A stretch of 23,936 bases of DNA from a virus. This document shows, piece by piece, positions 7,414 to 14,156 of this stretch (position 1 is the first letter of the stretch; every line of letters starts with the position of its first letter). A program made the position numbers and the translations under genes. The stretch is taken from the IMG/VR virus record IMGVR_UViG_3300010236_000015; one strand, written 5' to 3'. Below the pieces are notes generated by a model that saw only the letters and a program-made list of their open reading frames with translations, was not told the DNA's origin and searched no databases.

Positions 7414-8138
7414 TCCCCCCCGCTATATGGGATCGCAACCAGATTCGGAGAGCGCTGGCATCCTACCAGCCTCCCACTGATTTCGAGCCGATCGAGGTCG
7501 TCTTCCGGCTGGGGACGCCGATGATGATGGGCGATCGCTGGTATCATGGCGATGCCCTGGTCGCCGTCCAGCTGATGCACGAGATCCTCGGTGACCGGTT
7601 CCACGACCTCCCAGCCAAACAGCCCTGGCCCGTCGGCGACTGGCTCGCCCTACCGCTGAAGAAGACGGGCGACGTATACCGTTCGTCGGTCGGGCTGCTA
7701 GATAGCGATCTCCTGAAAACGACCACGATCTACAAGAGGTTCGCCGAGGACGAACGAGTCCTGCTGAGGTCGGGCCGGATCAGGAAAGGCTCGGGGAAGT
7801 TCCGGGACTTCATGATGAAGATGCCGTACTCGACCACGAAGACGGCCACCTTCCACATGAACGGTGACCTTGACGAGATCCGGCGCGTCCTGTCGACGGT
7901 ATCCCATCTCGGGAAGAAGGCGGCCATCGGCGGGGGCGAGGTCGTGGGCCTGGAGGTATCAGCGATTGATGAGGATCGGTCCCTCGTCGCCGATGGCAAG
8001 GCGGCCCGTGAGATCCCGACCAGAATGCTCAAATCCTATGATCCCTCCTATATGATGAGGAGGGCCTACAAGTTCCCATACTGGGATATCGGGAACGTGA
8101 CGGAGTGCATCGTTCCCGGCGGAGCGTGTCAGCTATGA
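7413..8138 (+). CDS. csf3: Type IV Cas5-family protein Csf3 (start codon non-canonical or uncertain)
   Basis: FEPIEVVFRLGTP...DALVA, G-loop HLGKKAAIGGGEV, C-terminal AYKFPYW; no in-frame ATG/GTG/TTG near the junction, ATC at 7413 assumed. Confidence 0.8.
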   Translation: MPPAIWDRNQIRRALASYQPPTDFEPIEVVFRLGTPMMMGDRWYHGDALVAVQLMHEILGDRFHDLPAKQPWPVGDWLALPLKKTGDVYRSSVGLLDSDLLKTTTIYKRFAEDERVLLRSGRIRKGSGKFRDFMMKMPYSTTKTATFHMNGDLDEIRRVLSTVSHLGKKAAIGGGEVVGLEVSAIDEDRSLVADGKAAREIPTRMLKSYDPSYMMRRAYKFPYWDIGNVTECIVPGGACQL

Positions 8139-8193
8139 CGGAGGTGAGACGATGGATCGGGAAGGCGGCGACAGTAAGGGAGGATGAGCGGCC

Positions 8194-8892
8194 ATGATGA
8201 CTGAATCATGGCGCTCCACTTTTTTGGCGTGGTCGGAGCTGGCTGACTACCAGGAGCGGATTGAGGAGGCCCACCGGAACATCGCCCGATCGGTGGCGTC
8301 TCGCCTGAAGGCTTATTGTAGCTACTCCGGTGGGAAGGATTCGACGGTCCTCGTCCACCTATGCCTGTCGGTCGATCCTGATATGATGGTATTCCATTGG
8401 AAGTTTAGCCCGTGGCAGCTCCCGGGGCCGATCGAGGCCGAGGTTTTGCGGAACCTCGAACGGTTGGGGGCCAAAAATAAGCTGATCGAGACATCCCCCC
8501 AGTATGCGAAATACAAGCGGTCGCTGCCGTCGGAGATATTCTACCGGTCCCTTTTCGGGCGGGTCGAGCCCGCTCTAGTGGAGGCAGGATATGATCTCTG
8601 TTTCCTGGGTCTGCGAGCCGAAGAGAGTGGGGCCCGGAAGCGGAGAACAAAAGATGGTTGGGACAAGCCCGGCAAAATTCCGACTCATCACCCCTTGAAA
8701 GACTTGAAATGGCAGGACGTTTGGGCGTACATCATATCCCATGACCTGCCTTATCTGGGATGGTATGATACGCAGGAATCATTAGGCATCGGATATAATC
8801 GGTCCCGGTTCGGGATGTTCTTCATGGCGTCGAAAGGGAACGCGGAAGTGGACGCGGTTCTACTTCCACAATATCTACATAATTGGAGGTAG
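8194..8892 (+). CDS. CysH-like (PAPS-reductase fold, adenine nucleotide alpha-hydrolase) protein of type IV-B loci
   Basis: PP-loop SYSGGKDS, LGLRAEESGARKRR, PLKDLKWQDVWAYI; lacks the C-terminal ECG(L/I)H redox motif. Confidence 0.85.
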   Translation: MMTESWRSTFLAWSELADYQERIEEAHRNIARSVASRLKAYCSYSGGKDSTVLVHLCLSVDPDMMVFHWKFSPWQLPGPIEAEVLRNLERLGAKNKLIETSPQYAKYKRSLPSEIFYRSLFGRVEPALVEAGYDLCFLGLRAEESGARKRRTKDGWDKPGKIPTHHPLKDLKWQDVWAYIISHDLPYLGWYDTQESLGIGYNRSRFGMFFMASKGNAEVDAVLLPQYLHNWR

Positions 8893-8914
8893 GCGACGCT
8901 GGACGATTTCTGAA

Positions 8915-9106
8915 ATGTGGCGCGAATCGGGCGGTCACATTTCCGGTCACATTCATCAGCGACCGGAAGTTAAAGAAGTTATTCTCAAGCTATGCAGTTA
9001 TGCCGGGGGGCTCAGGGGGCTCAACGGCGACGAAGGCTGGTATTCAAAGGGCCCAGGTGGGTCGGTCAAGCTTCGGGGCCCCGGCGACACTAGAAAAAAG
9101 AATTAG
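8915..9106 (+). CDS. Possible small hypothetical protein
   Basis: 63-aa ORF ending in a convergent TTAG stop overlap; no motif recognised. Confidence 0.3.
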   Translation: MWRESGGHISGHIHQRPEVKEVILKLCSYAGGLRGLNGDEGWYSKGPGGSVKLRGPGDTRKKN

Positions 9107-9300
9107 TCCGGGAAGTCGCGATCGATCCATTCCCGGACCTGTTGGGACAGGTTGATCCCGGCGGCTTTGATTCGCCGCCGCTGAGATGCTCGGATCATGA
9201 TTTCCGAGCGGACGAGAGGGTCGCCGTCGGGCAGCGCCTCATTCCCATGTACCCAATCCAACAGGAAAGGGAACGAACTTAGATATCCGTATTTGTCCAT
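9103..9300 (-). CDS. Small protein with RHH-like C-terminus
   Basis: SEIMIRASQRRRIKAAGINLSQQVREWID; SD gaggag upstream. Confidence 0.55.
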   Translation of the reverse strand: MDKYGYLSSFPFLLDWVHGNEALPDGDPLVRSEIMIRASQRRRIKAAGINLSQQVREWIDRDFPD

Positions 9301-9340
9301 CTTCTCTCATCTCCTCGAAAATGGGGGCTCAGGGGGGCGG

Positions 9341-9682
9341 TTAGAATGCCCCCAAGACCTCCCTATATGCCCGGTGTGCGTCCCTGGGGTCCATCCCAGA
9401 GACGTACTCGACTAGCCATTGTTCCCAGGATTCTATATCTGAGATGGGCTCGCGGTGGGTTACCGTCCCAGCATCGCGGTTCCTCGGCCCGTTCTCTTCG
9501 TCCCACTGAAAGAGACAGTCGACATCGACTGACCCTTTCGCTGCTGTTTGAATCTCCGAATATGGCCCGCTCGGGTAGCTGATCTCAGCCCAAAATCCCC
9601 CATCTCTCTCTTCAAAATTCACTATCGCGGTCTTGATGCTGCCTCTTGGCCTGTTCAATTCGATCCCTATTTGTTCCATCAT
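9341..9682 (-). CDS. Acidic hypothetical protein (113 aa)
   Basis: SD gaaggtga plus its own TATA box; about 21 D/E versus 11 K/R by hand count. Confidence 0.7.
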   Translation of the reverse strand: MMEQIGIELNRPRGSIKTAIVNFEERDGGFWAEISYPSGPYSEIQTAAKGSVDVDCLFQWDEENGPRNRDAGTVTHREPISDIESWEQWLVEYVSGMDPRDAHRAYREVLGAF

Positions 9683-9702
9683 AGTTCACCTTCACTACAT
9701 AC

Positions 9703-9724
9703 ATACGTACGTATAGTATATATA
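9703..9724. promoter_or_regulatory. Bidirectional TATATATA box with adjacent 12-bp palindrome
   Basis: ATACGTACGTAT at 9703-9714; TATATATA at 9717-9724; ATG 9747 (+) is 26 nt away and SD-led ATG 9682 (-) is 38 nt away. Confidence 0.6.
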
Positions 9725-9746
9725 GATTGCGCTCGGAGCCTCAAAA

Positions 9747-9881
9747 ATGACCACCGCAGACGACGCCCTGGTATCTCGCCTCCAGGAGATCATCGACTTT
9801 TTTGCGTCATGGCGCGATAAATGTGGCGCGATAATTGTGGCGAGAAACATGCGTTGCCACACATTCTTTTTGTGTCGTTAA
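9747..9881 (+). CDS. Small leaderless ORF (44 aa)
   Basis: Hand translation MTTADDALVSRLQEIIDFFASWRDKCGAIIVARNMRCHTFFLCR. Confidence 0.4.
   Translation: MTTADDALVSRLQEIIDFFASWRDKCGAIIVARNMRCHTFFLCR
9811..9849 (+). repeat. Three 14-bp-period direct repeats
   Basis: ggcgcgataaatgt / ggcgcgataattgt / ggcgagaaaca. Confidence 0.7.
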
Positions 9882-9912
9882 CTACTTATACTTACGATAC
9901 CATGTTAAGGGC

Positions 9913-10050
9913 ATGGAAAAGCCGTTGATTAGAGTGTCGGAGGAAAATAAGAAGCGGTTGGCCTCTTTCGGCGACGCTTCAGCGACGATGAACGATTGCC
10001 TCGGGCGGGTGCTGGATCTCGCCGAAGCGATGAGGGACGGGGGCGCGTGA
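9913..10050 (+). CDS. RHH-like regulator (45 aa)
   Basis: MEKPLIRVSEENKKRLASFGDASATMNDCLGRVLDLAE; TTATA about 25 nt upstream. Confidence 0.65.
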   Translation: MEKPLIRVSEENKKRLASFGDASATMNDCLGRVLDLAEAMRDGGA

Positions 10051-10277
10051 GGATGAGAACCCCGATATTTGTATCGTGGTTGAAATACCAGTGGCGGATG
10101 CGAAGAGCGAAGACCGTCGCCGGGGCGCTCCTCGCCGAGCTAGATTACATCAATGCACACCTCTCAAAGCTTCAGCGCCGGAAGATGGGCGACATTAACA
10201 TGATGAGGATGACCGACCTCTTCCACCGGCGGAACTTCCTGATGACGTATTTAGGCCCGTCGGATTGTGAGGAGTGA
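10047..10277 (+). CDS. Hypothetical protein
   Basis: GTGA overlaps at both ends. Confidence 0.5.
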   Translation: MRMRTPIFVSWLKYQWRMRRAKTVAGALLAELDYINAHLSKLQRRKMGDINMMRMTDLFHRRNFLMTYLGPSDCEE

Positions 10278-10810
10278 GGCACGTGCCGAGTGTATATTTA
10301 GCAGGTAAAATGTTTGTCCGGGGAACGGGCCATGATGTAGAGCCGATCCCCTGGCGCGATTTGTTCTTTAACTCGACCCCGCCGGACCTGAACTCAAATT
10401 ATCTGCCCGGCGAATATCAGAGCCCCACACACCTATCAGAATCTGAGATCGAGTACGCTGCACAGACGAAAGGGCGATACCCCATTCGTAAGAATGCAAT
10501 TGACTTACTAGCCTATACGACGAAACTGCAGGATTTCGGTCCGGCTGACAGAGTTAAATTTGATTACGTCGGCCCGTTTTTTTGGGGAAGGACTCGGATG
10601 GGGTGCTATCAGCACGGGGCGCTAATGGGGGTATGCAGGGGCGCGAAATGTGAATTTGGTATGTGGGAGCCCCACGGCGGTGGGTGCATAGGATCGTCCT
10701 CGGATTATTCATCGCCGTTTTTCGATTATTACATCGGCGAGCACTCGTCCGATCCCGCCCCGCAACGCCCTGGAGGAGTAAGCCTTGGTACTGGCGGACG
10801 ATACCATTAA
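10274..10810 (+). CDS. Nucleoside 2-deoxyribosyltransferase-like (YLAG family) protein, possibly C-terminally truncated
   Basis: N-terminal VYLAGKM...WR and YVGPFF...HG; no GTxxExG motif found. Confidence 0.35.
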   Translation: MRHVPSVYLAGKMFVRGTGHDVEPIPWRDLFFNSTPPDLNSNYLPGEYQSPTHLSESEIEYAAQTKGRYPIRKNAIDLLAYTTKLQDFGPADRVKFDYVGPFFWGRTRMGCYQHGALMGVCRGAKCEFGMWEPHGGGCIGSSSDYSSPFFDYYIGEHSSDPAPQRPGGVSLGTGGRYH

Positions 10811-12923
10811 GGCCGCCATCGAGGACGACCGATGGATCGGGTTTACGGCCTACCTCCCCCCCTGCATCGAAGGGGTCTGGGAGGAAGGGGCCATCGAAGA
10901 GACGGGGCGAACGTGCCGGCTTATAGCCCTGTATTTCAAAGGGATTATCGACGAGCTCTTCGAGGGAGAGGGGACCGCGGAGACGCCGTTCGCGTCGTGG
11001 CTTGAAGACGAGATCGGAGGAGGCACAGGGAACCTCCAGAGGTTCCTAGACTGGAACGATAGATGCAAGCACCCATTATCGAAAAAGGAGATTATAGGGA
11101 TCGTTTACCGGGTGGTAGACAGCCCCCGGACGTGTCCGACGTGCAAAGAGCTTCAATCCATTGCGGGAACGGGGATATATTGCGTTGAAGAGGACTGCAA
11201 GAGATCGGCGAAGGATAAGCAGGCACACAAAACTCAACAGATGGCTATCGTGGGGGACGAGCCGCTTACCCCCAGGGGAAACGCCGAGAGGCTTATCAGG
11301 CTCTTCGGTACGTCGATGAGGTTCAATCATACTGATGGAAAATGGTATCTTTGGAACGGATCTCTCTGGCATCCGGATGATAATGGCGGGGCGTTCCGGC
11401 GAGCGGAGGAGGTCGTGGTGGAGCTTTACCGATTCGCCGCCGAAGCGGAGGATTCTGGGAAGAGGGAACTCAGGTCATCGTGGGCTCGCCGATGCGATGG
11501 GATGGGCGGTTATCGGGAGATGTTGGAGATCGCCAAAAATAAGCACCCCATAACCTCTACAATTGAACTATTCGATCAGGACCCCTGGCTATTTACATGC
11601 CAGAACGTCACGCTAGACCTTCAGAGTGGCGTCGTGACAGAGCCGAAGCCGGGCCATTTCATCACGAAAGCGGCCAGCGTCGTTTACGACCCCGACGCGA
11701 AAGCGCCGCTATGGGATGCGTTCCTAAAAGACGTATTTCGGGACTCGTCGGGGGATCCGGACGGGGAGCTTATATCTTTCGTCCAACAGGCCGTCGGCTA
11801 TTCGCTCACCGGATCGATGGCGGAGCAGATGTTCTTTTTCTGCTATGGGGCCGGAGCCAACGGGAAGAGTGTCTTCCTGTCGGTGATCCGGGATATGATG
11901 GGCGACTATGCCCGCCAGACTGATTTTAACACCTTTTTGGTGCAGCGGAACGAATCGGTGAGGAACGACGTGGCGGCTCTGGCCGGGGCGCGGTTCGTAA
12001 CGGCCCTGGAGTCGGAGGAGGGGAAGAGGCTGGCGATGGCCCTCATCAAGGCATGGACGGGGGGCGATCCGATCACGGCGCGGTTCCTCCATCAAGAGTA
12101 CTTCACGTTCAATCCTGTCGGGAAGCTCTGGTTTGCCTCAAATACCAAGCCGATGATAACCGAGAGGAATAAGGGAGCATGGAGGCGCGTCTGCATGATT
12201 CCATTTACCGTGTCGATCCCCCCCGAGATGCAAGACCCGGACCTTGAAGATAAGCTTCTGAAAGAGCTTCCAGGCATCTTCAACTGGGCGTTAGACGGTC
12301 TAAAGAAGTACTTAGAAGTTGGTAAATTAGAGCTACCTTCCGGTGTTACGAACGCGACTAAATTGTATCGTGAGGAGTATGACTCTATAGGATCGTTTAT
12401 ACAGTCGCGGGTTAAATATGATAAAAATGCGTATATACTCGGAAAAGAATTATATTCCGCCTATGAAGAGTTCTGTGAAGAGGCCGGATACACCCCGCTA
12501 GGAAAGCGGAAGTTCAACCAAGAAATCGAGAGCGAGCCCGGTGTTATGAAATCTGACTTCCGGCATTCTATTAAGTGGATTGGCATCGAACTACTTGGTG
12601 AAACTATCGAGACTGTGAGTAATGTGAGTTATGTGAGTCGAAATCTGGGTTTTAGCTACGTGAAGGAAATTATAGGAAAAAACCTGGAAATGGACTCACA
12701 TAACTCACAAACTCACATCCAGGGTGAAATTGAGACAGTTGGCGACTTCGGGCCTCCCTCTCAGATATCCCAGATCCTAGCCGATCACATCCGGAAGGGA
12801 ACCCCGATCCGGACGAGGGACTATCCCGACATCGACGAGCTGGAGATGCTGGAGGCCCTGGATGCCGGAGGATGGACAGAGAAACGCGGCGTCTGGTGGC
12901 CGCCATCGGAGGAGACGAGATGA
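10785..12923 (+). CDS. Replication protein: PriL-CTD/PriCT-like Cys4 domain, D5_N, SF3 helicase (P4/D5 family) and winged helix
   Basis: TTG start with SD ggaggag; LPPCI...CPTC...YC...DC; Walker A YGAGANGKS; TGGDPITARFL; LWFASNTKP; WRRVCMIPF. Confidence 0.9.
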   Translation: MVLADDTIKAAIEDDRWIGFTAYLPPCIEGVWEEGAIEETGRTCRLIALYFKGIIDELFEGEGTAETPFASWLEDEIGGGTGNLQRFLDWNDRCKHPLSKKEIIGIVYRVVDSPRTCPTCKELQSIAGTGIYCVEEDCKRSAKDKQAHKTQQMAIVGDEPLTPRGNAERLIRLFGTSMRFNHTDGKWYLWNGSLWHPDDNGGAFRRAEEVVVELYRFAAEAEDSGKRELRSSWARRCDGMGGYREMLEIAKNKHPITSTIELFDQDPWLFTCQNVTLDLQSGVVTEPKPGHFITKAASVVYDPDAKAPLWDAFLKDVFRDSSGDPDGELISFVQQAVGYSLTGSMAEQMFFFCYGAGANGKSVFLSVIRDMMGDYARQTDFNTFLVQRNESVRNDVAALAGARFVTALESEEGKRLAMALIKAWTGGDPITARFLHQEYFTFNPVGKLWFASNTKPMITERNKGAWRRVCMIPFTVSIPPEMQDPDLEDKLLKELPGIFNWALDGLKKYLEVGKLELPSGVTNATKLYREEYDSIGSFIQSRVKYDKNAYILGKELYSAYEEFCEEAGYTPLGKRKFNQEIESEPGVMKSDFRHSIKWIGIELLGETIETVSNVSYVSRNLGFSYVKEIIGKNLEMDSHNSQTHIQGEIETVGDFGPPSQISQILADHIRKGTPIRTRDYPDIDELEMLEALDAGGWTEKRGVWWPPSEETR
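12614..12717. repeat. Intragenic inverted iteron cluster, candidate replication origin
   Basis: TGTGAGT three times (12614, 12623, 12632) facing ACTCACA three times (12694, 12703, 12711); 17-bp perfect inverted repeat; 53-bp spacer at about 36% GC. Confidence 0.75.
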
Positions 12924-13084
12924 AGATCATGGTAGTACTGGAAGACATCCCGGCGTTCGTCGGGCTCGATGAGAAGGTCTGGAAGCTGCGGCGGGGCGAC
13001 ATGGTGAGCGTCAACCCCGGTCTCCCTTTCAGGCAGGCAAAGATTCTGATCGACAGGGAGAAGGCCCGATGGGTAGGGCTTTAA
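12920..13084 (+). CDS. Stand-alone GINS B-domain-like miniprotein (54 aa)
   Basis: MVVLEDIPAFVGLDEKVWKLRRGDMVSV...AKILIDREKARWV matches the archaeal Gins51 C-terminal pattern as recalled; ATGA-coupled to the helicase. Confidence 0.7.
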   Translation: MKIMVVLEDIPAFVGLDEKVWKLRRGDMVSVNPGLPFRQAKILIDREKARWVGL

Positions 13085-13091
13085 GGAGACG

Positions 13092-13370
13092 ATGAAGATG
13101 GACAAATTGACCACAACGATATACAAGACCCCGAACTGCCCCAGATGCCGCGAACTGGCGGCATACTTGACCCAGCTGGGGGTCGATTTCGACGAACAGG
13201 ATATGAGCTCATCAGAGGTATTGACCGATCTCCGATGTGAGGGCGTCTTTGTGATGGAGGCCCCCGTTCTCCGGGTGGGCACGACGTATCACAATACTAA
13301 TATCCTCTGGAATGGCAACAGGCTCGCGGCCGGATATGTGGCCGGCCTCTTCGGGAGGGGGTCGGAATGA
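13092..13370 (+). CDS. Glutaredoxin/NrdH-like redoxin
   Basis: IYKTPNCPRC...GVDFDEQDM...EAPVLRVG. Confidence 0.85.
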   Translation: MKMDKLTTTIYKTPNCPRCRELAAYLTQLGVDFDEQDMSSSEVLTDLRCEGVFVMEAPVLRVGTTYHNTNILWNGNRLAAGYVAGLFGRGSE

Positions 13371-13597
13371 ACCTTTCCGACTTCGGTGTCTGCGGTACAT
13401 CCCGCGAGCCAGTTGAGCCGGTATCCGCTATCGAAATCGACGAGGTGCAACGGGGCTGGTCCCTTCGAGGGCGCGGCCTAGATATGGCCCTCGGTGACGA
13501 GAGTTACATGCGAGCGAGAGTTGCGCCCCTGGCGGCTCGTCTCGGCGTCGAGCCCGGCCTACTCCTGATCTCCCCGGCTCTGGCGAGGTGGTCATAG
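13367..13597 (+). CDS. Hypothetical protein
   Basis: ATGA-coupled to the glutaredoxin gene. Confidence 0.5.
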   Translation: MNLSDFGVCGTSREPVEPVSAIEIDEVQRGWSLRGRGLDMALGDESYMRARVAPLAARLGVEPGLLLISPALARWS

Positions 13598-13789
13598 ATG
13601 GGCGTCGTCCAAGAGATCGACGATCTCGACTTCCTCCGATCATGTCTGGGCCAAGTAGACGGATTTATAGCCAGGACGCCACCCGAAAACGTGATCGATC
13701 TGCAAGGGTGGGAAGATCACCGGAAAGATCTGATCGCCCGGATAGCCGAACTGGAGGCGCTATATGCCTATGCTACGGGGGATGAATGA
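13598..13789 (+). CDS. Small coiled-coil hypothetical protein
   Basis: SD gaggtg; HRKDLIARIAELEALY. Confidence 0.55.
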   Translation: MGVVQEIDDLDFLRSCLGQVDGFIARTPPENVIDLQGWEDHRKDLIARIAELEALYAYATGDE

Positions 13790-13813
13790 TCGCCCCGATG
13801 CTGGCGAGGTGGC

Positions 13814-14137
13814 CATGATGGCGATTATTATCGGCGAGATTTTTCTAGTCGGAATAATAATTATGATCGCTGGTATTTGGCTGGCTATCGAGCGTGGCCC
13901 GGATCGGGTGTCCGGTACCGAAGTGTGGCTGTGGCTGTGTGGAATGATATCCGGTATCGGCTTTGGCGTGCTGGTCATGATGGCGATTATTATCGGCGAG
14001 ATTTTTCTAGTCGGAATAATAATTATGATCGCTGGTATTTGGCTGGCTATTGAGCGTGGACCGGATCGGCTGTCAGATACCGAAGTTTGGCTTTGGCTAT
14101 ATGGAGTGATCTCCGGGATAGGATTGGGCGCGCTGGT
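13814..14137 (+). repeat. 162-bp tandem duplication
   Basis: 13814-13975 versus 13976-14137: first 75 nt identical, remainder diverged mostly at third codon positions. Confidence 0.95.
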
Positions 14138-14156
14138 AGCCTGGCGGTGGTGTTGA
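13815..14156 (+). CDS. Membrane protein of two tandem 54-aa two-TM units (holin-like candidate)
   Basis: SD gaggtgg before ATG 13815; four hydrophobic segments. Confidence 0.55.
   Translation: MMAIIIGEIFLVGIIIMIAGIWLAIERGPDRVSGTEVWLWLCGMISGIGFGVLVMMAIIIGEIFLVGIIIMIAGIWLAIERGPDRLSDTEVWLWLYGVISGIGLGALVAWRWC

Noticed and set aside
8194-13370. CysH plus glutaredoxin as an auxiliary sulfate-reduction pathway
   Set aside because: The CysH-like protein lacks the redox cysteine motif, the genes are in different operons, and the csf context explains cysH
13595-13600. TAG directly followed by in-frame ATG as amber read-through
   Set aside because: The downstream ORF has its own SD and ATG, so ordinary re-initiation explains it
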